A stretch of 64,000 nt of DNA from Eledone cirrhosa. Its lineage: Eukaryota. A model generated the notes under the pieces. It was not told where the DNA came from. It ran no database searches and saw only the letters and a program-made list of their open reading frames with translations. The stretch spans positions 367,536,001 through 367,600,000 of the forward strand of contig OZ024741.1 in assembly GCA_964016885.1 (NCBI GenBank). The letters are read 5' to 3'. Positions 14,991 through 28,775 of the stretch are shown one piece after another. Each line of letters begins with the position of its first letter. Position 1 is the first letter of the stretch. A program made the translations under genes and the position numbers.

Positions 14991-15439
14991 CTATTTATCT
15001 CTATCTATATATATAAAGAAATCTGTCTATCTCCTCTCTCTCTCTTTCACTCTCTACCTCTGTATATATATCACCCACCCCCCACTCTCTCTCTCCCTCT
15101 GTATATATATATAAACATCGTATTTGCTGGCCTATTGAACGCCCCTTCGTATAAGACGCTCTCTGGCTTTACAAGGACATAAGGACATTTTGAGAAAAAA
15201 GAATTCTAGTACATTTCTTCATAAATTTATTTAAAATTATTTCATTGTTTTTTCATTGTACATTGACTAAGTCCACCACAGCTAAAATGAAAACTACGGT
15301 TATTAATACATACAGACAAAGACGTGTTTTTGGAAGCTCCGTGAGTTCATGAATTTGAGTTGTTTTTTAATTTGTATTTGCTATTTTTGTTGCTAAGGGG
15401 TTAAAAGACTTCCGTCTTTGCCCCGTGAAAGGGAGATTT

Positions 15440-17524
15440 TATAATATTTTAGCCTTTTGGCACAAATATATAACATATTTTTCTTTAAAACAACATGGAC
15501 GAAACACGCCCCCCACACATTGAGTCAGCTGTCTCGTGACAACGAGATAAAAGTTGAGAGGAGGAGCACCGCAACAACCACAAGCACCATTATGGACAAG
15601 AAAAAAAATACAAACACAACATGCAACAACAACACCAACAACGAAATTAACAACACCACCTCCAACAACAGCACCAACAGCAACAACGAGATAAAAAAAA
15701 AACACCAACACTAACTACACCAAGAACAACACACCAATACCAACAGCAACAACGACATCAACAGCACCAACAACAAGAATAACTTAAAGAAAAATGAAAA
15801 TAACATCAACAACACCGACGACAACAACGATAACACCAACAACACCAACAACAATGTGACCAGCAACAGCGACAGCAATACGAACAAGGATAAAAGTTCT
15901 TTCGCTGCTGCAGCAACAAAAAAGGCCATGCTTTAGTTTGGACCTTAGCGAGAAAGATAAAAAGTTGATCCCGGCATGAAAGATAATTAAACGAGAGCAA
16001 ACCTGGGCCAACTTAACCGTCTCGGCAGAGGCAATGCAAGTGGTGAAAAGGAGGACCATAATTTTTAGATGTATTTCTCACAAAGCGGAGATCACCCCGC
16101 AAGCAGAGATTGAGGCTGGGCTGAAATGCATCAGGCAAAGCACTGAGTACATAGCAAGGAGCAGACAATACGGCACCATCTCGGTGCTGTTTAATTCGGA
16201 ATCTCTCACGATGAAACACTCGGTGGTCCTTTGCAAAATCAGCCAAGTAATCATGTACTCCTACCACATGGGAAGGAGAATAGTTCGAGTACGGATTCCC
16301 AGGATGCCACCAGCACTGGACTTATGGTGGCTCTTGGGATGCGTGATTGAAGAAGGGACAGATGCCGCCCGGATAGAGGCGACAAGAACAACCGGAGAGG
16401 GCTGGCCCGGGTTGATTTGGAGATCCTTTTCCAAGCCAAACAAGAGGAACTAAAAAAATCGCGGATATCGCCCGTCTCTAAAACGGGACGGCACTTCAAA
16501 TAATCACTGAAGGAAAAGCCGACCTGTTTCATCTGCGAAGAAATTTGCGAGCCTGCTGTTCTCAGCTGAAAAATGCAAGGGGGTCGCAATCCTCCGCTGC
16601 TGCCGACGGAGACCACCACCAACACCAGCACCGGTAACACCACCTGCAGCAAGACCAGCGGAAACACCACCACCAACGATGACCACTCAGGAGGAAAGCT
16701 CTCTCATTTCCCCTTCCCTCCAAAAACACACACATTGACACAAACACAAACACACTTCCAGACACAGACACCTCGTCTTTCAGTAGCGAAGACGAGGCAA
16801 AGCCAAAAACAAAAACCCAAAAAACAAGAGAAGGCACAAAAAAGCCCACTCATCACACAGACACCCACAACAGAAAATGCAGAAACCACACACACAACAA
16901 ATATAAACACTTCCACAACAATACTAACACCATCACCGCTAAATTAGACGAGGTTACTAGTAGTGGCATTGCAAATGACGTGCTAGAGGCGTTAGACCAT
17001 TACTTCAATGGGAAACACGGAGGTTGCATTGTCAGAGCTAAGGCGCGTACGAAAGAGGTTGTGTGGCGGACCTGGCTGAAATGACTGAAGACAGACACTT
17101 TTCTCTTTGGCTAATCTCTCCTCAACCTTTTCAAGTTTCAATTGGAAAAGAAAGTGAAGGTGGAGAGAGAAGTGCTGCCTCCCAGTACATTTGATAAAAG
17201 GTGGGTGCATGTTGCGAGAATGGCCTGTGTGAATGGGCCTTCCCAGAGCATGCGTCTGTTGGCTGGTTGATTCGAGAGGGAGGAGTGCCCATCCTGGGTG
17301 CTCTCGAAGCGTCGGGTGGTTCAGGATTGGTGGGGTACATAAGTCGCCCCTGGGTGGTTATCATCCCTTTTGGGGAATTTTCCTTGTTGTATTTTTCTTG
17401 TTTATTGTTATTATTATCTTCGCTTTTTACTCGATTTCATTGTAAACCCACACTGTCCCTATCTTTGTATTGTCCCTATATGTCGGCCCTTGTGGCCAAT
17501 AAAGAAATAATAATAATAATAATA
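15440..17524 (+). mobile_element. Internally deleted L1/Tx1-type LINE (ORF1 remnant, ORF2 C-terminal remnant, 3'UTR, AATAAA and (TAA)n tail)
   Basis: 16034-16545 is gag-like (SRQYGTISVLF, MGRRIVRVRI, KPTCFIC). 17035-17245 matches the C-terminus at 33916-34130 (RWV.VARMA.VNGPS). Confidence 0.7.
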
Positions 17525-17525
17525 A

Positions 17526-18088
17526 CTAGCAGAAAAACCACCCTTCTGGTGGTTTTCTGCTAGCATGTGTAGTGTGTATATTGATATTATACGCAAATAT
17601 ATATGCATGTAGATATGATACGCCAAATAAAATCGTAATTGCACAGAAATTGAACGAAGTCTGTGTTACACTTTCTTCTGTAATCGGTAAAGTAATCCAT
17701 GATACATTAAAAAAAAGACAATATTATATATAAACTGCATATATGATAAACTAAAATGTTATGAAAATGAAAAAATAGAAAATTAGCGACGGAAATATAA
17801 ACCTTATATAACGATGCAAATATATGAACGATTATATAAGCGATGAGTGTTATGATATAACGGACGCTATAACCGGAAGTGTTGACATTTGAAAATTTTA
17901 AAGAAGTGAATGTTAAAATAAGCAATACTTTATATATAAGAATATTTATGTTTAATGAAAAGCTAAGAAATTTAGTAGATAAATTACATAATATTCATTT
18001 ATTATTTATTCAAAGTAATCTAACTTATTTTAATAACGAGATAAAAAAATATTAAACGGACGCACTCCTCCCTTTATTATATTATAGA
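17526..18088 (-). mobile_element. Non-autonomous Helitron
   Basis: Minus strand starts TC and ends with a hairpin plus CTAG (CTAGCAGAAAACCACC...GGTTTTTCTGCTAG), between A and T. Same end as 52896. Confidence 0.6.
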
Positions 18089-18282
18089 TTGTTTCTACTT
18101 TAGGCACAAGGCCAGCAATTTGGGGGGAGAGGAAAGTCGATTAAATCGATCCCAGTGCATTACCGGTACTTTATTTTATCGACCCCGTAAGGATGAAAGG
18201 CAAAGCTAATCTCGGCGGGATTTGAACTCAGAACGTAAAGAGCCATAATTTTATGCTGCAAATCATGGCGTCTGGCGCTCTA
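18089..18282 (-). mobile_element. tRNA-derived SINE S1
   Basis: GGATTTGAACTC, GGATGAAAGGC and GGCACAAGGCCAGC blocks. Confidence 0.8.
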
Positions 18283-18929
18283 AGCTGAAGCTTCTTCAAT
18301 TGTAGCACTGTGTTTCCCGTTGCCCAGCATTCTTGCTTACACATATCGAGATTTGATTCAGTTATCATACTAAGAGCACGTGTTACATTCATCTACTCAC
18401 TAAATACTAACTTATATATAAACAAGACTCTCATTAATAATATCAGTAGGAGGATTTTCAATCTATTACTTCACACTAGTCGCTCCTCTATAGAGAATTC
18501 AATATAACTCATTCTATGTATAGCTATATTATGAATCGCATATTACACATAGAGGATTGTGCTAATTTGCATATTCGGGTCACGCTCACAATTATTAAGA
18601 AATTGTTGGTAGATCAATCTTTTTATCCTTGAGTCATCATGTTGATGAACGCTCCCTGTCATGGAATTTTCAGGGGAGATATCAAAGACGTTTTCCTGCT
18701 GTCTTCCTTTGTGTATTTTTTTTTACAAGATAATACACCATTTGATGACTGTACACAGGTAAGTTCTCCATATTTGCCTGGGCTCATAACGGAAAAAGCA
18801 AATACCGCAAAGCCTTTTGTCCGACGCTTTAACATTTCCTTGGTTTAAAATCTCTCCCTAACGTAGAGGCTCATTAGCTTCGAGAATATCCCGGTTTCAT
18901 TGGCTTTAAGCAACTGAAAGAAGAAGACA

Positions 18930-19620
18930 CTTCCGTGGTGGTAGTAGTCATTCAGCTCAGTTTACTTGAGCAACGTGAATTAGAGAATTTTTCACAAGAA
19001 CATAATTCTCCACCCGGTGTGGAAACCCAGTCCACGACATTATGATCGTAAGAGCAACATCCTTACTACGAAGCCTCTCACTTTCTTCTCTGCTCTGGAT
19101 TGCTACTTTATTTTAACAGCTCGAGAAGGGTAAAAAGCAAAGTAGACGTTAGGGGAAATTGAACTAAGACCGTTCAAAACTGGAACAAGTAACGGAAAGC
19201 ATTTTGCCCAACGCTTCAACAATTGCACCAGTCCACTGCTGTTTCGATCTATCGAATCAATCGACAAGATCCCAGACCTGATTCACTAACCTAGTTGAGT
19301 GGAACTCGTCAAATCGGACCAGGGAAACAATGTTTCCATTCATCTTTCCATTGCTGTTATTATCTACTAGTCGCAACTCCTGGCAGAAAGAGCAACAGGA
19401 AAAAAAGTGTCTTGCGCAAGGACATAACGCATCACTCGGTCCGGGAATTGAACTCGCAACCTCGCGATTACGAATCCAATTCTTTTACCACTAGTAATAT
19501 CAGCCTTCACTGTTACTATATTTTATCGACTACGGAAAGATCGAAAGATCGAAAGCACAGTTGACATCGGAAGAAATTCCGCAAGGTATTTTGTCTTAGC
19601 AATGATTCTACAAATAGCGG
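18930..19620 (-). mobile_element. Cluster of old SINE remnants (S1 and S2)
   Basis: Degenerate B-boxes (GGAATTGAACTC, GGAAACCCAG) and CTTGCGCAAGGACATAAC core pieces. Confidence 0.5.
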
Positions 19621-19744
19621 CCTTAACACAATGTATGATATAAATTCGTGTTAAGAACTCTTCTGTCATGATGACCGAGTTTTTCATTTTACGCAATTTC
19701 TAAATTTACGCATATATGGATATACTAAATATACGACTGTACTG

Positions 19745-20009
19745 TAGACATAGATGCACACGCACACACACACATACACACACATGCACACACATACACG
19801 CACATACACACACGCATATGCGCACACTCTACATATACACCCGCACGCACAGACACACACACACACACACACAGATGCCTTGTTCGTGCTGCTATGGATG
19901 TATTATAATATATATATACACACACTCATATATATATATATATGTGTGTGTGTGTGTATATAGAGAGATATATTTATATACACATATTTCCATCTATCTC
20001 TCTATAAAT

Positions 20010-20052
<43 letters not shown>

Positions 20053-22314
20053 TATGTGTGTGTATATATATATGTGTATATATATGTATATATATATTAT
20101 AATAATAATGAAATTATTGTGTCCAAGGCTGACGTGCACATATGTGTGTGTGCATATGCATATGTATATGTATATATATATATATGTGTGTGTGTCTGTC
20201 TGTATGTGTGTATGCATATATGCATATATATATATATATATGTGTGTATGTGTGTGTGTGTACATATGTGTGTGCGCAAGTGTGTCTGTATATATGTGTA
20301 TATGCGTATGTATATATTTGTGTGCATGTGTATATATGTGTGTATGTGTTTGTGCATGTGTCTGCATGTGTATGTGTGTGTGCGCATGTGTGTGTGCTTG
20401 TGTGTGTGTGCATGTGTATGTGTATATATCTGTGTGTGACTGTGTGTGTATGTGTGTATGTGTGTGATATGTGCGTGATATGTGTGTGTTCATGTGTGCG
20501 TGTGAGTGAGTATATATTGTGATATGTGCGTGATATGTGTGCATGTGTGTGATTAGTGTCTGTGAGTATGTGTGTGTGTGTGTGTGTGTATGTATGTGTG
20601 TATGTGTGTGATATGTGTGTGATATGTGTGATATGTGTGTGTGTGTGTGCGTGTGTGTGTGTGCGTGTGTAAAAGACAGCAAACATAAGCCCCAGTAAGA
20701 GAGATTATTTCTATTTTGGCAAACAAACAAAAAGGAAAAACCACAATAAAATAAACAAAAATATGTTTCAAACAGTTTTAAAGAAACTCAACACGCAATG
20801 GGGGGGGGGGGGTCTTTAATTGGCCGCTTATGTTGTTGTTGTTACTGTTATTGTTGATACAGATGTTGTTACTGTCGTTGTTATTGCTATTGTTGCTGTT
20901 GTTATTGTTGTTGTTATTGTTGCTTTTGTTGTCATTGTTATTGCTATTGTTGCTGTTGTTATTGTTGCTGTTATTGTTGTTGTTGTCATTGTTGTTGTAC
21001 TTGTTATTGCTGTTTTTGTTATTGTTGTTGTTACTGTTGTTACTGCTTTCGCTGTTGTTGTTGTCATTGTTATTGCTGTTGTTGTTGTTACTGTTGTTGT
21101 TATTGTTGTTGCTGTTATTGTTATTGCTGTTGTTGTTGTTATTGTTGTTGTCATTACTGCTGTTATTGTCGTTGCTTTTGTAACTGTGCTGTTTAGTTTC
21201 TGGTGTGTATGTTTGTGTGTGTTTGAATGTGTGTGTGTTTGAGTGTATATGTTTGTGTGTGTGTGTGTGTGTGTGCTTGTTTATGTGTGTGTGTGTGTCT
21301 GTGTCTGTGTGTCTGTAAGTCTGTATGGCTGAGTCTATGTGTGCGTGTGTATGTCTACGTCAGTATGTCAGTCTATCTGTGTATCAGTGTGTGTGTGTGT
21401 GTGCTTGTTTGTGTGTCTTTCTCTGTGTGCGTGTCTTTCTGCGCGTGTGTGTATCTGTCTGTGTGTATTTGTCTGTGTGTGGGTTCGTCACATGCAAAGC
21501 AGTGTGATTAAGGAGTTCTCTTCACAACCATTTATTTTCGTGTTCAGTCCCAATGTGTGGCACCCAGGACCTATGAGAGGGTATGGTGGGGGGGTGTCAA
21601 CCAGTACCTTGTTCCGAGGCCCAAGAGTTAAGAAGGCCCCACAACAACTATGCAGCATCCAATTTGAGAAAAATCTTTGCCTGCTTCGGGCCCAAAAGGA
21701 GCCTTGTACAGCCTTGCAGAATTTCTCTTCGAGGCCCTAGTGGCACCTTGTGCATGTATGTTCTGCTATAGACACAGCCTTGGGGAACATTTTGATAGAC
21801 GGAAACGTTGTTCAATAAAATGTAAAAAAAAATACAAATCATATTTGAAAAAAAGGGGCAACAGAAGAAAGGGGGAAGGGGAAAGTGAGACAGACTCTAC
21901 ACATAGGCCAAAGTGGTTGCGCCCCGTGGACAAAATTTTAAAGGCATTTCCGGGGACAATGGCCAGCGACACCCGCTACAACAGCCACCCCACCTCACGA
22001 GTCTCCCGCTTCAATCCGATTTTACGGAGGAGGGATGAGCTCAGCTGTACGGGGACGCTTGAGGTCTTGACGATGACCGGCGAAATCCTGTCGTTTGTGT
22101 GTGCGTGCGTGTTTGTGTGTGTTTGTTTGTGTGTATGTATGAGTGGGTGTGTGTGTGTTTGTATGTATGAGTGTGTGTGTCTGTATGGATAAGTGTGTGC
22201 GTGTGTGAGCGCACGCGTGTGTGTGTGTGCATGTGTGTGTGTGTTGGCGTGGGGCGTGTATTTGTGCGTGTGCGAGAGCATATGACCTGTTTAAATGGGT
22301 GTTTGTAAGTGTAC

Positions 22315-22350
<36 letters not shown>

Positions 22351-22942
22351 TAGTATATGTTTATGTGTTTGTGTATGCGTGTGTTTGCGTGTGTGCATTC
22401 TATCTAAACCAGTGTTTGTGTGTCTATACGTGTGAAATTGTTTATGTTCTATTTAGATCAGTTTCTGTGTGTATGTGTATATGTATGTGTATATGTATGT
22501 GTGTGTGTGTGTTTGTGTGCGTGCATGTATGTGTGTCTGTGTGTGTGTGTATGTGTGTGTGTATGTGTCTGTGTGTGCGCGTGTGTGTGTGTGGAGCTAA
22601 TTCTTGTTTCTCTGCATTTCAAATGTGTGTGTATTTATGACTGCACACATGTATGTACTTCAGTGTGTGTATATATATATAAGTTATCGTCTGAGATTGT
22701 ATGTGTGTCTGTATTGAAGTATGTGTGTGTGCGTGTGTATGTGTGTATGTATTTATGAGTGTACACATGTATGTACTTTAGTGTATGTATATGTAAATTA
22801 TCGTCTGAGACTGTATCCATATGTGTGCGTACATATAAGCGTGTGTGTAGGCATGTGTGTATGTGTCTGTCAGCCCCCATCATACATACTATTATATTCA
22901 AACAACACCAGATGTGACATACTCTTTTAGATTGCAATTTAT

Positions 22943-22995
<53 letters not shown>

Positions 22996-23076
22996 GGTGG
23001 TGGTGGTGGTGGTGGTGGTGGTGGTGGTGGTGGTGGTGGTGGCGGCAGCAGCAGTAACGGCAGCAGCAGCAGTAGT

Positions 23077-23142
<66 letters not shown>

Positions 23143-23217
23143 GGTGGTGGTGGTGGTGGTGGCGGCAGCAGTAACGGCAGCAGCAGCAGTAGTAGCAGCA
23201 GCAGCAGTAGCAGCAGC

Positions 23218-23285
<68 letters not shown>

Positions 23286-23334
23286 CAGCAGTAACAGCAG
23301 CAGTAGTAGCAGCAGTAGCAGCAGCAGCAGCAAC

Positions 23335-23385
<51 letters not shown>

Positions 23386-23427
23386 GGTGGTAGCAGCACC
23401 AGTAACGGCAGGAGCAGCAGTAGTAGT

Positions 23428-23472
<45 letters not shown>

Positions 23473-23545
23473 GGTGGTGGTGGTGGTGGTGTATGTGTGT
23501 ATATGTGTGTATGTATGTTTGTATGTATGTATGTATGTATGTACC
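19745..23545. repeat. Long simple-repeat tract: (CA)n/(TG)n, (GTT/ATT/GCT)n at 20830-21185 and compound (GTA/GTG/GCA)n at 22943-23490
   Basis: Seen directly in the sequence. Confidence 0.95.
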
Positions 23546-24021
23546 TGCAGGACTAAAAACAAAACCTGTCAAAGGAGCTCTTAAGAGTCAATGGCCATCC
23601 AAAATCACCGGGAGAGATGACCCCTTAGCCTTTGTCAAGGCAGAATTCTAGGAGAAGGAAAACTCTGATATAACACCTGCAACCCTAATGTTATCCAATG
23701 ATGTTGACTTATTCTTCTTTTTGGTAAATATCATCTTGGTTAAGAGAGTGGGACTGGCTTTGTGCAGTGCCTTTGCTCACTATAAAAGCTTCACGGCACA
23801 GGCATTGCTTTATATCTGGAGATCTCTCTGCACTTGTCGTCACATGGTACAATGGGCCCAGCACTATGTGTCAATAATTGTCACAAGTGTAGTGTTTGTA
23901 CCAGAGTTTTCAAGTCGCTGGCTGAACTAAAAAGTCACACTTGTTCAGCGGATCGGTAGGGGTTCTCCTACATGGATATAAAGTAGTGGCCGTACTCGAA
24001 AACGAGTTGGCAGCCACCATG
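23544..24021 (+). mobile_element. RTE-N1 copy, 5'-truncated
   Basis: Reverse complement of 4285-4770, with (TATG)n flanks. Confidence 0.88.
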
Positions 24022-24033
24022 TACGTATGTATG

Positions 24034-27000
24034 TATCTCTTTCTTTTAATTTCGAGTACATTTTTGACCGGCCACCTTCCTGGTGGCAAGGTTGTAAAAG
24101 TAAAGAAATTATCATCCCTTGAATCACAAGAATGTTTTGTAAATTTTGTAGTCTTTGAATTCGGGAGCTGCGCTCTTTGTCCGCAAATCCAAGTTCAGTT
24201 ATACTCTGGTGCACGCGGGTTGGTATATAACCTGTAGCTCCAATAAGGATAGGTATGAAGCTGAAAGTATAACTTGGATGTGCAAACTCCTCATCAACGG
24301 CCTGAGGATGCCCTCCTTCTCTTACAACTTTGACATCAAGTGGGCAGCTGATCTCTACAACAGAACACGTGTTCAATGTGTGGTCCCAAACAACAATATC
24401 AGGCCGGTTGTGTTTTAATGTGGTGGCAGTTTTTATTTTCAGGTTCCACCAGTATTCAATATTTTCCTCCTTATTTGTTTTTGTTTTCCTAAGTGCACTC
24501 TAGATGGTTCTAGCTATCACATCATATCTAATAGGGAGGTAGTAGTGGGACAACATTCTTTCTGTTGGCAACAATGTGGCTAACATCTTTGATCTTTGTT
24601 TTACAAAGCCTACATTTATTGTTGATTGATGGCCCTCCTCTTTCGTGTAGCAGATATTTGGTATGGGTTTCTTGTTGCTGTATTGCATAGAGATATCCTT
24701 CAAGGTGGGATGTCATAAACTTGTCGGAATTCCATGCCAGGCTTTTTGAATGATTTATCCCCTCTATGGTCTGTGTTTTTCGTCTCAGTTACCAATGCAC
24801 AACTTTCTCTGTGAATTGGTCCATTTTTTTTATCTTGTTCGAACATTGAATAGATTCTTCCAATTTCCCTGGGAGAGAGATTTATATCAGGACTTATAAC
24901 ATATCTCTCCTCCAGATCAGTGGCTATCCTAATGATATTATTTCCTTCATGCTCATAGACCTGGGCAAGATGGTTGCTGACCTTTTTTTTCTGCTGAAGA
25001 TGTTGCTTCAGTGTTACTATTCGGGTCTCGTATGATGTTAATATGGATTTTAGACCTCGGCCACCTTCCTTGTGTGAGAAGTATAGCCTGTCCACATCAC
25101 CATTGATGTTAAAGTTTCCAGTAACACTGAGAAGCTTGTGAGTTCTTACATCCATCTCACTTAGTTCTTGAAACGACCAGTTCAGCAGACCAAATGTTGG
25201 CATTAGGATTGGCACAGCATAAGTATTGTGGGCAATGTATTTGTTGTACGCTGATAGTTCTGATGCCCATATTTCTTTACTCTCCTAAGGTATTCAGTTC
25301 TGGTTCTCTCCTTATTTATGGGTCCATCATATCTGACATTCTCATCCTGTCCAAGACATCTGTAGTTGTCACCTAACTGTAGAGGCTGTATTGTCAAGTC
25401 GTTCATCTCTAGATTTCCAGAGGAGGGCATAACCCTTCCACGTTTTACTATCAAATATGCACATTTGGACTCACCAAATTTCATTCTGATGTCTGCAGAA
25501 AATTGTGTAATGGGGTCCAATTGTTTTTTAATATAGTTGGTATTTGGCCCATACAACTTCAGGTCATCAACAAAGAAAAGATGGGAGATACTTCTGGACC
25601 CACTTCCATGACCACTTTGTTTTGTGAGCAGGTATGACAGTGGGTTTAGTGAGAGGACGAAGAGCAGCACTGATAAGCTATCACCCTGAAAGATGCCTTT
25701 CTAGTAGTGTATTGTATCAGTCTTAATTTGCTCCTTCTCACTCCTAAGGATCAAATTGGTGTACCAGTTCTTGACCAGGCGTCCAACAGCAGCTACTAGT
25801 GGTGCTGGGACTTTGACTAACTGTAAAGCCTTAATAATCCACCCATGAGGTACATTATGAAAAGCCTTCTGATAGTCAAGCCACATTACAGTCATGTTCC
25901 TGCAATTCTTTGCTGTTTTTTCCTGTATCATTATATGTGTTAGTATGTGATCTATGCAGCCCCACACCTCCTTCTTTCCACCAGCTTGCTGAGATGTTAT
26001 AATTTTATTGATGGCACAATGATCCTGTAAGAACAGATTAAGGCACGCAGTGTATAATTTATACATGATGTTCTGGCAGGCAATTGGGCGGTAATTTTTA
26101 GCAAAGGTGGTCTGGATATTTTGGGGGATGAGGAGAGTAGTGGCAGTTGATAACCATTGGGGCAGTTCTTGTGTGCCTTTGATGGTTTCTCTGAATACCC
26201 GTATAAGATTTTGCTGATAGACGGTGAAATTCTTCAACCAGTATCCTGTTATGAGGTCTGGGCCTGCTGATTTCCTATTCGACATTTTCTGCGGAGCTGT
26301 TTCCAGTATTGACCCATCTATGTCATATTGTTTTGTCTGGAGATGCTGGCAGTATTCCTGTTCCAGTTCTTTTAGCCAGTTAGTTTGTTTGCTAAATGGT
26401 CATATGTTTCCCATACAGATCTCCATTACCTCTCAACCTGTTCTTTTGTCGGAGTGTCATTTACAGAGACTGAGCTTTTCCCATTAAAGCTGCGATAAAC
26501 TGATTTAAGATATCTGGCAAATAATCTATTTAGCACTTGCCGTTTATGTGCTATTGACTTTTAGTCTTTCTGCTGCAGCTATGAGTTGTTGTTTCAACTG
26601 GTGTAGTTTGAAGTTTAGAGTTTTAAATTTTGTATCTCCATATCGCTTCTCTAGTTTTTTTTCTTACGACTTCCTGATGTCGTGTGAAGTTGCTCTCTAT
26701 GTTGCATTTTATAATTACAGTGATTTGTGCGATACTTTGTCTCAGGGACTTTGTTTTTTAAATTACGCATCCACGCTGGTTCAGGCTTTCTGTTTGTATC
26801 TTGGTTGCGTGGTTTTAGTTGTCTATGATAGGACAGCTGGAACATATACCAAAATATTAAGCAATTCATATGTCGTTTCCACACCTTTAGATCGTGTGGC
26901 CTTCAGATAATTGTCAGCCATTTCATTTACTACTTCCAATTCCAATTTAGTGGGTTCTTTGCTGATTCTGGTGTTGTATGGTCTGTTACTCAGATTAAGG

Positions 27001-27740
27001 CTATGTATCTCTTGAAATATATCATCCCATATCACTTGTAATGTGTCCACAAGTTTTTGGTGTTCTGTTTGTACAGTATAATTATGGATTTCAGCTACGT
27101 TATTGGTGTGCTGTTCACTGCTAGATTCAGCTGACCATTCTCTCTGTTCATCAGTGGAAGTGGGATGGATGTCAGCTACGTTGTTGGTGAACTGTTTACT
27201 ACTAGATTTAGCTGATTGTGTTTAATAGTGTCACTCGGTTCCGTTAGATGTATCAATTTACGTTTTGCCTGTTCATTTAGATGTTTTGGGGAAAAGTCTA
27301 ATTCTCGGTGTTTACCTTCTGCATAAAACCGAACTTTGAGGGATCTGATTGTTTCTATGCTTTATAGGAATCTCTGTTGAGACCGTAGCTCCATTGTATA
27401 CAATGGTTGTAGTTGCGATTTGGTCGAAGGAGACTTATACGTTTTGCCATGATGAGTCTGTCTATTCACTAATAAAAGTTTCGACAAAGTTTTGTCATAA
27501 TTAAATTGTTTAATTAAGTTGTTCACAGCTTGGGTAATATTTCCTTTCAGGTAGTTTTTAATTCTACAACTGTATTTTAAGCGTTTATATTTAGCATTTT
27601 CTTTTTGTTTTCGTTTTTTTTGTGTTTTTTTTTCTTCTGTGAATCGTTTTGTAAAGAACCTAACTCTCACAGTCACTGCCTCCGTCTCTCCCGCTCACCT
27701 CACACTATTATGAGTAAATGGGAGCTCATGTGCTGACCGC
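24034..27740 (-). mobile_element. Near full-length, frameshifted R4/Dong-clade non-LTR retrotransposon (RT plus restriction-like endonuclease)
   Basis: ORF pieces: KSAGPD, KNYRPIAC, WLDYQKAFH, SHLFFVDDLKLY, EGGRGL, CRLC, WWNLKIKTA..KHNRPDIVVWD, VEISCPLD. Confidence 0.88.
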
Positions 27741-27743
27741 CCC

Positions 27744-27952
27744 GACTCTCTCATTGGAATTTACACAACATCAACTAGGTAGATTATGTCTGCATGCATA
27801 CATGTGTAGATATGGATGTCATTGTATGTGTGGATGTGGATGTTTTGAGTTGTATGTGTGCATGTGTATATGCAGTTATTAGATGCAGAATTTTTGGAAT
27901 GTTTTACATATTTTTACTGTTCCATTTATGGATTGTACTTGTACTTTCCTAA
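27744..27952. repeat. Dispersed repeat family X (also 29467-29552, 39148-39205, 47890-47925, 62932-63242)
   Basis: Shared GACTCTCTCATTGGAATTTA..CAACTAGGTAGA and GTGAAATTATAAAACCAGAAGAAC(ATAC)n blocks. Confidence 0.7.
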
Positions 27953-28050
27953 CTAGTCGTGTTCTTTCTAGTTGTATGTATGTATGTATGTATGTATGTA
28001 TGTATGTATGTATGTATGTATGTATGTATGTATGTATGTATGTATGTATG

Positions 28051-28660
28051 TCAGGTCACCAGTTGGTGCTATTGGTAACATGTATCCCAGTACAACCTGT
28101 TTCATGGTCGGGTCGTTGGCGACTAAACTGGCAACCCCACCAAGTTTTCTTGGTGAGGAGGGTGACTTTGGACATCCTGCAGGACTAAAAACAAAACCTG
28201 TCAAAGGGCAAAGGAGCTCTTAAGAGTCAATGGCCATCCAAAATCACCGGGAGAGATGACCCCTTAGCCTTTGTCAAGGCAGAATTCTAGGAGAAGGAAA
28301 ACTCTGATATAACACCTGCAACCCTGATGGTATCCAATGATGTTGACTTGTTCTTCTTTTTGGTAAATATCATCTTGGTTAAGAGAGTGGGACTGGATTT
28401 GTGCAGTGCCTTTGCTCACTATAAAAGCTTCACGGCACAGGCATTGCTTTATATCTGGAGATCTCTCAGCACTTGTCGTCACATGGTACCATGGGCCCAG
28501 CACTGTGTGTCAATAATTGTCACAGGTGTAGTGTTTGTACCAGAGTTTTCAAGTCGCTGGCTGGACTCAAAAGTCACACTCGTTCAGCGCATCGGTAGGG
28601 GTTCTCCTACATGGATATAAAGTAGTGGCCATACTCGAAAACGAGTTGGCAGCCACCATG
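28051..28660 (+). mobile_element. RTE-N1 full-length copy
   Basis: TCAGGTCACC...GGCAGCCACCATG between (TATG)n tracts. Confidence 0.9.
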
Positions 28661-28775
28661 TATGTATGTATGTATGTATGTGAGTATTATGTATGTATAT
28701 ACGTATGCATGTAAGTATATACGTATATATGTATGTATGCATGTATGTATGTATAGATGCATGTACATGCATCTA

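Noticed and set aside
22943-23490. Poly-Thr/Ala mucin-like ORF
   Set aside because: Compound trinucleotide repeat with no splice or start context.
28051-28330. Canonical HDV-like ribozyme in RTE-N1
   Set aside because: CTAA/GGCTAA motifs exist but P1, P1.1 and P3 could not be assigned consistently; kept only as an unclassified structure.
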